Assembly: GCA_002269645.1 (NCBI GenBank)
Contig: NIVC01005066.1
Span: 1 to 27,357 of the forward strand
DNA from: Macrostomum lignano
Lineage: Eukaryota
DNA length: 27,357 bases
Direction: 5' to 3'
Below the pieces are notes generated by a model that saw only the letters and a program-made list of their open reading frames with translations, searched no databases and had not been told where the DNA came from. Shown one piece after another: positions 1-11,178 of the stretch (the stretch's first letter is position 1; every line of letters begins with the position of its first letter). A program made the position numbers and the translations under genes.

Positions 1-1697
1 TTAAAGAATAATTATAACAGCTGCTCGTGCTGTGTTTAGGTGTTATTTCGTCATTGGTTGTAGCTCTTTCTGTAGTTAGTTTTATTTAAGTGTTTTATTC
101 ATTGCCCTACACAATAGCACTTAATATCCTTGGCTGTGGTCCAATCATTAGATACGAAAAGCGTCATCCATGAACTTATTGTCTACTTTTTCAGTTTGAT
201 TTTAATTTAGTATTCCTTTTCTTATTTGCCGCAAACATGCTTTCCCGTGCGTCAGTTTAAGTTTTCTCTTTGTTTTTATTTTATTTGCAGGTTTACTCTG
301 CAACATTCTTAACTGTTAGTCTTCCTTGTATAGTAGCTCGGACGAGTCAGACCAAATATTTCATATAAAAATACCATTATCTATTGTCAGAAGGCTCCAC
401 AGCAATATTTTAATTTAAAATTCATTACCATATACTTTTTGGCTTCAATCAAGATTTTTCCTTTTAAAATTTGCGTAGTAGCAAAGAGCATAATATATTC
501 CTGTGTTTGTTACCTGTTAGCTTTTGTGATCGAAATTGTTTCCGACTGATAACTCGTTTTGCAATTTATGGTCAGCTCCTTTCCCTGTGGTACACGATAT
601 TTTTGCTATAATAGAATTATTAATCTTTTTCGTTTTGAAATCTTTTAGAGTACTCGATTTTAATAAAGTATCGGCCCTAATCAAACTTGAGGATAAATTC
701 CGTCTCGCATCGTTATTATTCCTAATTCCTTTGCCAAAGATTGTGTTGTTTGCAACTTGTTACTTCAATTTAAATTTTTGGTGCTTTGCTTTTGCTTGAC
801 TCAGTTGTGGTTCTTTTTATTCAAACATTTTAGTCATACTGTGTGTTAATAATAAACCTTATGTATTGGTCGTATAAAATTTTGATGTATAGTTTAAAAA
901 ATATCTTAGTTGCTTCACACTTTCTGTGGTTATATTAACAGGACAGTTTTATTGAACCTACGAGCGCATAGTTCAGGATAATTCTTGTTGTTCTTTGCTG
1001 TGACTCGCTCGAAATTTTTGCTTAGCTCTCATAAATACACGTTGAGCGTTTTTTTAGCTCTCTGACTGATATCGTCGAAGACCCGTATTGTTTTCTTTTA
1101 CAGCAAAGTAGTTATTTAGCTGTGGTACTTAAATATGTTAGTTAAATAGGGCGTAAAAACGCTATTCTAGACGTACCTATGAAGCTGGATCTTTACGAGT
1201 AGTCCAGTATAGAATGCCTCGAGGCAAGCGTGTCTACGAGTATCTAATCACATCTTTCTACTGCATCTATTTGCATAGATCTTATATTCCTAGATAGGTC
1301 ACTTTGTATTGCGGCAATCGGGAAAGTGCGACCGCTGTTTTTCGTCACTTATGCGAAAAAAGGCGACAAAAGTTGCTTAAATTTTAAGTTCAGTAGCTTA
1401 GGGACATAAACACTATTTTTTAGAATTTGAAAAAACTCATTAAGAGTAAAGAATGGTGCATGCACTGCAGAGACTACTGACGAAATTGGGTACAGTAGTT
1501 AGTTGTCATAATGTCGCGAGTTGCAGCATTTTTCACATTAGCTTATATGGCCACATAAGTTGTTAATGAGTGGTCCATCTTGTTTACGTAGGATCCTTGG
1601 CTGTATGTAACAAAGTTTTTGTGCTTTTTCATTCAGATTGTTCTGTCTTGATAGTTTTTCCGCATTTCGGGATCTCGAAGCACACTCGCACTTTGTA

Positions 1698-4522
1698 ATG
1701 GCGGTTTTGGAGCACAGGTAAGCTTATAAAAAAATCAAATAATTGGCTTTAAAGCAGATTTTTTATGCATAATATCGTTTTTAATAATGTAAACTAGGTT
1801 TAAAACCATATTTAGAAATATGCTGTCACTGCACTACACGAATCCCAAATGTAACTACTAACTTTATCAAAATGCTATTTCGATTTTTCATTTCAGATTA
1901 GTACATCTGGACTTGAAGGGGGCGCCGCCAACTATTCAGTACCTGCAGGAGGTATTAAATCGCTTTTTAAAATATTTAATAGCATGCAAATATTTGTTTA
2001 AAATTTATTTACACGTTTTTCCTATATAATCGACTAATGCTGTCACCCAATTTTTAGCTACTGCCTCTGTTAAAGTCGTGTGGATGCACTGGTCTTCTAA
2101 TTGAGTACGAGGATACTTTTCCTTTCGGGGAAGATCTGTCGCTCTTAGTAAATAAATCTGCTTACTACAGGTTTGGACTTGGCTTTTATTTTTTGTTCTT
2201 ATTCTGTCAGTAATTTTTCTACTAATTTTTCTACTTCACAACAACCTGAATATCAATTGTTTTCGCAAAATAGGGAATCGGACATCCGCAGTTTGCTGCA
2301 GCTGTGCAGTGAATTGGATTTCGCAGTCGTTCCCTTAGTGCAGTGTTTCGGTCACTTAGAAGTAAGTCTCAGTTAATTCATATATCTTGCTTGGTACAGT
2401 AGGAGTATTAAACCTATCAATAAATTTGTTTTTCAATTTCCAGTACGCCCTAAAACACGAGAAGTATTTTCATTTGCGGGAGTGTGCCCAGTATCCTAAC
2501 AATATTTGTCCGATGCTTCAAGGTAAGCACTTTGCTTTCGTATGAACGGGTCTGTAATTCGTATTTTACATATATACGATACGTATAGGCAATCTGACTT
2601 ATTTTTATGGACGACTACAACTATATCTATGTAAAATATTTATACTACTTTCAGAAGCCGTTGATCTTGTGCTATCAATGATTGACGAGGTGGTTGCACT
2701 GCACCAAGCTTGCCTAGGCTCTAAGAGCCATCTGCTGCGTCACTTCCATATTGGTGCTGACGAAGTTTACTTTCTTCGTCGATGTCCAAATTGCCGCGCA
2801 AGTGGCCAGACGGAGCATCAACTTTTTTTGAGCCATGTGACCCGCGTTGCTAATCATATAGTCACTAAGCATTCTCTCCAGCCAATCCTGTGGGACGACA
2901 TGTTACGTCAAGTAGACCCGGAGCTTATTCGTGCTAGCAAGCTGTCCAGTCTGGCGCAACCTATGGTATGGCATTACGCAAGTCAGTTTCAGTTGAAGTC
3001 GGAGTATTTTAACAAACTAGCGAGTGTCTTCCCACCAGATCAAGTATGGTTTGCCGGCTCGTTTCGGGGCTCTGTAGCAGCTAATTGTCAGGTAAAAAAT
3101 AAATAAATTTGATTTTGAATAAATGCGGCTAATTTTGCCTTAAAACTCTAATCTTATCTGGCTTTTAGCCATAGTGTGTATCTATGCAGTCGTACCCATG
3201 GTTTCCCCTGCCTACTTTCTTAGTCATTTTACTAACCTGTTTAAGAAGCAAATCGTGTTCATTTCTAAACTATTTCTCTTTTGATCGAATACTAAATTGA
3301 ATAAGTTTTACTGAAGAGTATAAACCGTATACCAAAGATGAACGGGTTTCTTTACTTGGTAGCGTTTTCTACTGTACTAACTGCATGTGGTACACTAGCT
3401 TACACATTGTAAGTTACACATTTACAGTTGCAGCTTCTAGCTTTTTGGTTCTATTGGTTTCCAAATTTTCAGTGGTACAATTTAACATGAGCTCTATTTT
3501 TTCCAGATCACACCGCTCTACCATCATTCAGAAAACACGCAGGCCTGGCTAGGGGTGATGCGCGATTATCAGCAGGCAAGCGCAAACTGTAAACAACTTG
3601 CCGGATTTGTACTCACAGGCTGGCAACGGTACGATCACATGGCATGCTTGTGCGAATTGCTTCCAGTGTCAGTTCCAGTATTGCTTACTTGCTTGGTTAC
3701 GGTGCGTGAATTCGGTTTCACAGTGGACATTCACACCAAACTGTCAAGGCAGATGGGCTTTCCAGATCTGCTACCATGGAATCCGTTTGTACAGTAAGTT
3801 TTATCTCTCTACTGCAGCTTGCCCCTGACCTTAGTGGCACTTTAATAGATTCTTTGATTGTCCTGATAAATTCTCCCCTTTGACCGGCAGGTGTGAAAAG
3901 GGGATCCGTTAAAAAAAATTACGTTAGTTTGCTGAAAATTCTCTTTTCCCCAGGATATAATATTTGGCTTGTTTCGCACACTTTTAAACCACCCATGTAC
4001 AAGCGTATAAGCATTTAATTGGGTATTTATTTTTTAATGCTCTCGTAAATAAAACTCTGATTCCGTAACAATAACTTCTGGTTTTGCGTAGATTGCTTCA
4101 TTATATTATCTTGCTCACCACAATGCACTATCCACTATCCTCTCAGAAACTTGCCACCAACTAACGAGCTCTCATTTCCCGGCTGGCGGGTCTATGTGTG
4201 CGTTTACAAGCTCCAAGCGCTACGCAACGAGTTTTTTACCTTCCTTAACTCAGACTGGGTTCAGGGCTGGATGTCAGCACGCCACACTAGTCGCCTATTG
4301 AGCAGCCCTGCCGTTGTTGAGAAAATCTCCAGCCAAGTTGATCGGTATAGGCATGAGCTTAGCGCAGGAGAAGCTGCCTTTAAAGCCGCCTGCGACTCCG
4401 TGCTGCTTCCCGCAGGCTCTGAGGAGTGGCTGGATCAGCAGATCCGGCCTCTGAGACGGAAGTGCGAGAAGATGATTGCCAATGCCAACCAAATTGTATC
4501 ATTGCATGCTTGTGTGTCCTGA
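1698..4522 (+). CDS. HEXD: Hexosaminidase D (glycoside hydrolase family 20, HEXDC-like), 8 coding exons, 484 aa
   Basis: join(1698-1717,1897-1951,2058-2170,2274-2361,2444-2522,2655-3091,3507-3793,4147-4522). All introns are GT-AG with consistent phases; total 1455 nt. The translation carries the HEXDC motifs RLVHLDLKGAPP, GLLIEYEDTFPF, PLVQCFGHLE, catalytic HIGADEV, WDDMLR, LTGWQRYDH..LCELLP and EEWL. Confidence 0.95.
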
Positions 4523-5002
4523 TTTCCAACCCTCTTATATTCTGTATTCGAAAATGGGTCACTTAGACTTTTATCTTTGCTAATATTGTCCTTATTTGAA
4601 TGTGTACTTTTTTGATCGGACATGGCAAATGACTTAATTAAGTGATTAATCTGTACTAATGGACTTATTGCTCTATAACATGAACATAATATTAATTTGC
4701 TCCCATTCATTCAATGGTCATGAGTTTCTCTATATTGAGAAGTCTTGCGGGTCTACGCAATACACTCGACGCGGAATAAAATGTCTACCGGTAAAAGTAA
4801 CTTGTTGGCACAGTTTTTAATAATATTGCCTTTACATGTTGTCGTTCTTTCTAATAAAATGTGGTGGCTAATTTTTTAATAATTACCTAGAATGCCGCAT
4901 TAACGAAGCGCTTTTAACGCTGTTAAAGCTTCTTATCCCATTGTATATTTTATGTTTCGAGAAAGTAAAGAAGAATCCACATAATCGTAAACATAACCGA
5001 AT

Positions 5003-8000
5003 ATGAATGTTACCCGACGCCAGGCCGCTCAGAGGGCTGATTCAGACACAATCGACGAAGCAGCAGACGGCAATCCAAAACCTCAAGATTTGACAGGAAC
5101 GCCAGCTTCCCTGCGTCACTTTGAGGATGCCATGCTGGATGCAGGCACTCGGATTCGCCGGCTTGGCTTTAAAGGCGGTTGCGTTCTGCTGCTTAGTGTA
5201 ATGTTGTCCTTTGCCTTTTATTGGCACCTGATCAGGTATGCCTTTGTTACGCCTCATACAGAGGACGTTTACTTCCTTCGGATGGAAACCTGCCCAGCTT
5301 GTTACGGAAATGATTTCTGCTATCATTTTACTAACTCTGAGGTTACCTTCACTGGGGCTTACCAGTATCCTATCGCTCACCAGCTGAATCCCAGCAAGCA
5401 TGTGTTCGAGGGCCGTCGAGGCCGCTACAAAGGCGCGCCTGTAGTAATCAAAAGCCTGGCTACGCCTGAACAGCTAGAAAGAGTGCAGCGCGGCTTGTGC
5501 AAGAGCACTGATCTACAAGAATCGCATCGTTGCAATATGCGCGACGCTTTATGGAAGCGGCTGCCACTGGGTGAGGACACGCTCACCCTGTACGACGTTC
5601 GAGGTGAAAACGATTTTTTTCGGTAAACTGTTATTTTTAGCTTGTTTTGCAGTTTTTTGTCAAAATAAGGGGTTGTTTTTGATAAAGTACTGAAAAAACT
5701 GAAAAAAAAATTACCTCGTCAAGCAAATACTTAATATTTAGGTGCCCAAGTCAGCGACTACTAGATGCTGTGAAAGAAGCATTTCGTCTCCGGGATCCGG
5801 AAAAACCCAAGCGGCTGCTACGCAACGAAGAAATGTCTCTGCTATTCACTGCTCTTGTTAATCCAGAGCCACTATTGCTCATGACTTTCACCAGCGAGAA
5901 GGGATGGCCTTTTCCGCGGTATTACGGCGCCTGCGGTCGTTTTATTGTTGTCGAACACAGGTGCGAATTAAAGTTAAATTAGTAGTTAAATTAAATTAAA
6001 TGAAATTAGTTAGTTAAATTAAATAAATTAATACTTTTTTCATTCATCTTAAACTTAAGAACTCTATTAGCTAATGAGAAAAAATTACGAGTATTTCTAG
6101 GACTTGACTTCGCCTAATCCATAAGAGAAACCAAAAACTAAAGATCAACATTTATTGCGACGCGTTTCGGTCTGCCTTCCTTGACCATTCTCAAGCAGTT
6201 ATTGGCTGAAAAAATTGAAGACTGCAATCGTGACGATAGAGCGAACGATTTATTAGTACGAGTAGAGTAAGAAAATAATTTGAAAATAAACAGTCACTAG
6301 ATTAGAGTTTTAAAGTCGTGCATATTATAGGCAGAAATGAAATCATTGTCACAACAAATATATTTACGGTTGGTTGAAAGGGTGCTTTGTCAAATCAGTC
6401 GTGGGTCACTCACGTGAGTAGTGAGTCAAAAGCAAATATAATCAAGTACCCTCATTAGAAAACCTTTAGCAGGTGTCCCGGACTTTAAGTGATAGTGTTA
6501 CACTCCTTCCCAAGTTCTGTCAGCTGTACCTAAAATGAACTCGCTGCTCTGGAAGTTGCTAGATAGTACCGCAGTACTACCTATTTGCCTGAGAATAACT
6601 TAAAACGTTATCCTTAGACTTGGTAGGGTTGCTGCCAACTTGGTTGGTGGACTCGACTCGTCGGAAAAGTTGTCTATCCGTAACCTGAAATAAATAACAA
6701 AGTTGCTCGGAGCAAGGCAAATCTGGAAATGTCTCGACAGTTGTTCGGAATTGTTCCTTAAATTGCTGCTCGAACCTGAAAACTTTTAAGCCTGAACTGA
6801 GAGAGGGGAGCTTCTTGCAGGTGGAGGCAGGGAGGAAACTCGGACGCAGTTCTGAAAAACAGCTCCCAGGTGCTCCGTATTTATAGCCGAGTGGACCCCC
6901 AAAAATCAAGTGAGTTTCATGCGGTCAGCGCGTGAAACTTCCTTATTTGGACCTCAGAGTCATGCTAGAGGCGTGATTCAAGGCCAACTTCCAAATAAGG
7001 CAATCCTGTCAGGCAACAGTGGCGTGAAGCAAGGTCAGATGCCACACTATACATGCGCAGTCACGTGCTTTTATGTGCTAAAAATAGATTTGAGCTGATG
7101 TGTCATCCTGTTTACTCCCTCTAGGCAGCCTTTACAGTTTACACTCCGCGCGCGAGAGAGCATCGGGTGAGTCATCCTGCTTCGCCTCTCCAGCGCGGGT
7201 GGGGAAAACATTGTGTGTGGCTACCCGCACGCCTGCTCCGGCGATGATTCATCAGGCAGTAAACACAGGTCCAGCACAGGGTATCTCTTCTTAGATCAGG
7301 CGGACTGGGCTGCTGTGCAGCGGAACACAGAGTCCTTAGCATAAGCCAGTGAATGCTGCTAAATAACTAGTTTGCAGCCAGTCACTACAATAGGCTTGGA
7401 CTAAGCTTCTTAGTATGCAAAATGCCTCTAATATATAAGTTTAAAGTCAGAGTTGCAACGATAAATAGTTCAAAACAGGTCAATGAGCTCACAATCAAAA
7501 TCTTTGAATCAAATTAAGTGGTCATTTATCGCAAAGTTTTTTATCCAGTGTTCTCCAGCCCTGGGATGCATGTTTCTTTTGGTTTTTCCCGACATAGGAA
7601 ACGCTCTGATTACCAAAGTAGCAAAATTTTTAAACGAGACACATTTGAGCACGAGGAACAACCGTCTTTATTTTCGAAAAATAAACCAATTTTATGTCTG
7701 TCAAAAGCTCTTAGAAATGCTCTTAAGCAGTTCAAACTTGAACTGAATAGACGCAACACCAATAAATGGCAGAATAATCGTTTCATCAGAATTACTTGTC
7801 TCTTGGATGCTGTATCAGAATTCCGAGCAACTTTTTCAATCAAGCGAATTGATAATCTTGTCAACCAAGCTTATTGGGTAGCCATTAGACCAAACGATTT
7901 GACTCCGGGTTTTCAATTCAGAATCAAAAAACTTCCAGGAGCTACACACATACATATAGTAAGGACGATGCAGCATGCACCTGTCCAACCCAATCTACTT

Positions 8001-10485
8001 TCTATGACGCAGAGCGTGATAGTTTGGTGATTGTACGGAACACTTTTTCAGAAAGTTTTCTTACAAGGAAACATCATTTTGCGTACTCGTATCCCACTTG
8101 AAAAATCATTCACTATATTCTGTATTGTCGTCTAAAATATCGTTTTACGCCAATAAACTGCTTAAGAAGAAGCAAAGGAAGAACGGAACTGGTCGTGCGA
8201 GTAGTAAATATTGATATAGAGTTTTTAATCCCCAGCTTGGACCTAGCCTTGAGCCCGTTAATTAAATTTATCGCTCACTTGGACGCTCTGCATACATGCT
8301 TTGATTTTTATTTATTTGACCCCGCTAAATTAGCGTTCTAATAAATGAGCTAAATAAAGCCAGATAAATAGATCGTGAGCCATGCAGGCCAAGCTACTGG
8401 ATTAATAGGATAATAATTCTGAATCATCGTCGATGGCATATGTTTTCTCAGAGGCCAAAGAAACGAAATCAGAGCAGATATTGCCTGTATGAGCTATATA
8501 ATATAATGTATTTGGGCCATATCGTCAGTCTAATAGCGCGTTGTGAATATCGTAAATAATATTTTAGAGAAAGTCATGCTAGTTCGGTCTTGGCAAAAGT
8601 TGTCTGTTACTCTCAATACTCTAGCACTACCAAACACGAAAAATGCAAATTAGGCTGGTTCTTTGCATTTGAAGTATATGGGAGAGGCACATCTGTGCTT
8701 ATTTTACATTGGTTTAGGAATAAAATTGAAGATTAGCGATATATTAGTTGTAATACTAATTAATTGTATCGTATGCCTCGTATCCCAAGGTTTCGAAATA
8801 CTTCATTATACAAAATCCATCGGTCTTGTGGTTTATAACGTCGACATTTCCAACTCTAATCTACAATATCATCATTCTGAATTGAACTTTTGATGTGTTC
8901 CTTACTTAGTATGCAAAACATCTTTCTTAGTAATCAAGAAACAACCACTTCTAGCTACTGCTAGGCAACTCAGTAATAAAATGAAGGTATCTATTACCTT
9001 GAGTCCTGATCAGTAGAGCTATTCCGGTGCGTAGTTCTCGATCTTAATCAGTTCAGACGTCTTGATTTAGTTGTTCTGGTCCAGGTTCTTTTTTACTTCC
9101 AACGAAGTCGTTTTCGGCCGGTATCTGTAGTTCGGACCAATAGGAAGCTTCAAATTAACGACGGGTATCCCTGCACTGCGCTGCGGTTTCAAATAAGCCT
9201 TCTCCTTCTAGCAGTGGCTAAATCCACTCTAGGTATAGCTGCGGTAATCACTGATAGTCTTCTATGGGCTATCAGGGTAGTCCTTCTGGAGACTACAACC
9301 AATGGAGTCTCAAACAGACTCAGTCACAATATCAATTTAAGTCGACTCAACTACCAGCGCAAATGAGTAAGGCTTACCGCAAATAACTCAGTCGAGTCCT
9401 GGTTGATTTGGTCTGAAGGAAGTCTGGCTTCCTCTTCGGAACTCCTTCTCTCTGGAAGATTCTGAGGCTCCGGTCCGCTTCGGACCACTTGTATTTATAA
9501 AGAATCGGACCTCACATGAGGTTGTCGGGACATTTTCTTGTCAAACGTTTGTCAAATGTCAAAGGTTCACGCTTTGGTTGCTGTCAAGCATGACATGGTA
9601 GAAAGTTAAGCAACTAGTCTACTGTAAAAGCGAATGATTGGTTACCGCACCTGGGTTACTTCTGATTGATTCATTCGGTGCAGGCCGAATGATGAATCGC
9701 TGATGGGGTTTCGAACTGACAACTGTAGGTCACGCATGATTGGTTGGTTGCAAAAATAGCTTTTTATGACTTGTGCCTTCTTATGATTGGTTGACAAAAT
9801 TACGAATGTGATTCAGTAATTTTTTTATTCCTGATACTTATCCTACTGAATGAAATGTGTAAGTACGAGCTAGTATATTAACATTTTTTATGCTTTTTGT
9901 GGGAAGTAGAACACTGCACTTTTTAGTATTGTAATTTTTGTCTTGTATCATATAATTATGACTAAACTTTCGATAATTCAAGCGTTTGCTTAAATATTAA
10001 AACTCTTCAGAGGCAGGTCAGCCACAGATTATTTGACTGCCCCATTATCGGAGCGTCTGCTTTTATCGATGCGCATTTTACAGCTGGCCATAAAGCTCAC
10101 GGCGAGTGACACAGGCTTTTCACTTTACCTCAACGACTGGGATCTTGCTAATTTTGCTGTCTACCCTGACACTCGAACCGTGACGTTGGTTGATCTTTCT
10201 AATGTAATAGTTGTCGACACACTGCAGCTGAACAGTGACGTCAGCAGGCAGCATCGCACTACCAATGGAAGCAAAGCCAAAGTCGATGAGGTCTGCGATC
10301 ATCGGCTGTCCGACTGGAACCTACTGCATGCATGTAGCATGCTGCGACTCAGCCTATTAAATGACCAGATCGCTGATTCCCAGCAGGTTGGGAACTACTT
10401 AAACGAATGCGCTTCTGCCCAGCCGAAAAGGTCACGCTTTCAGCTGGCAAAGTTAATTATTGATGCCCTTGACAAACCAATCTGA
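5003..10485 (+). CDS. DIPK2A: Divergent protein kinase domain 2A-like (DIA1/C3orf58 family), 3 exons, 437 aa
   Basis: join(5003-5622,5742-5960,10011-10485), GT-AG, phases consistent, 1314 nt. Family motifs CPACYG..FC, CPSQRLLD, NPEPLLL, GWPFPRYYGACGR, NFAV, ECA...KRSRFQ. Hydrophobic anchor near aa 60-82. Confidence 0.92.
6156..6197 (-). ncRNA. Minimal type I hammerhead ribozyme variant (PLE-associated)
   Basis: Minus strand reads tgc-TTGAGAA-t-ggtc-aaggaaggca-gacc-GAAA-cgcg-TC-gca: stem I tgc/gca, stem II ggtc/gacc, palindromic ACGCGT stem III, GUC cleavage triplet. The core has U3/A8 in place of C3/G8. Confidence 0.7.
6496..7389 (-). mobile_element. Solo LTR (894 bp, Gypsy-type) inserted in the Penelope-like element
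   Basis: Termini TGTTACAC...GTCACTACA (TGT...ACA), perfect 4-bp TSD ATAG at 6492-6495 and 7390-7393, TATAAA on the minus strand at 6880-6885, no recognisable coding motif. Removing it rejoins the PLE frame (KKLSPSLSLK). Confidence 0.8.
8909..9834 (-). mobile_element. LTR-like or other promoter-bearing insertion, family unresolved
   Basis: Block of higher GC in an AT-rich intron, flanked by a direct repeat TACTTA (8903-8908, 9835-9840). Minus-strand TATAAA at 9494-9499 preceded by three CCAAT boxes (9636, 9738, 9785). No TG...CA termini. Confidence 0.4.
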
Positions 10486-11178
10486 AAAAAGTTATTTTCT
10501 ATATATGTATTACCGATCAATGCATTACCTTTAACTTCAAGTTTAATTCAAGACAGTTAATTCCAGCATTCTGTATTTGCTTGCTTGATAATATACCTAC
10601 CATTAAAGCACCAATATTCTGGTTGCTATATTATTCGCTGCCTTTGCCTCAACTGCTAAGAAATTCAACTATGTCTGGAAAAAGTGTATAAAATATGTGT
10701 AACAATTAAGTTAGCTGTGCACAGCATTCTTTCTTATAATGTCACCTGAACGAAAATAAATTAAGATTGTTGCGTAGGTATACTTACCTACGCATTTACG
10801 TTTACGTACCTTTATGCAAAATAAACTTCATCATTAAGCTTAGATTAATTTTCAGTATATATAAACATTTTTTCATCTTTTCTTTTCGCTTATACTTAGT
10901 TTAGTGGGTTATAAATCATTGGCTATTCGAATCTTTATGGCATTACATTGTTTGAATGTAACCTATAGTAGGGGTTTAACCTCTTCCGAACTGAAGAGGA
11001 TTTTATTCATCTCCGTTCCGGTCGGATGGTAAGCAGCGCTTACCATAGACTATTCCTTTCAGCAGAATGGTTTGCTAAGTCTGTGGTCATTCCAGTCTGA
11101 TAAAAAGACATTGACTATGAATAAGGCCCAAAACTAAGTCTCCATAAACTAACATAGAAAATTTTACAGCTGAAGATT

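Larger units (their letters stand above)
6121..8215 (-). mobile_element. Degenerate 5'-truncated Penelope-like element (RT C-terminus plus GIY-YIG endonuclease) in DIPK2A intron 2, interrupted by a solo LTR
   Basis: Minus-strand translation of about 8050-7395, with stops and frameshifts, gives MLHR...CSSWKFFDSELK...SNGYPISLVDKII, LPFIG, YVGKTKRNMHPRAGEH (GIY-YIG) and ILEAF..KKLSPSL. A hammerhead-like motif lies at the 3' end (6156-6197). Boundaries are approximate. Confidence 0.8.

Noticed and set aside
1-1110. AT-rich region with Lys-rich minus-strand stretches and the 536-799 ORF; possible old retroelement
   Set aside because: No diagnostic motif could be read with confidence.
1175-1215. 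Hammerhead-like ctatgaag-ctgga...tccag stem
   Set aside because: It lacks the GAAA core and cleavage triplet; at most a decayed relic.
1603-1636. Possible 34-nt intron in the HEXD 5' UTR
   Set aside because: GT-AG sites are present, but without a reading-frame constraint or transcript data it cannot be supported.
7483-8030. + strand ORFs of 87 and 170 aa in the DIPK2A intron
   Set aside because: They are antisense to the decayed Penelope ORF, have no splice-compatible role, and show no recognisable motifs.
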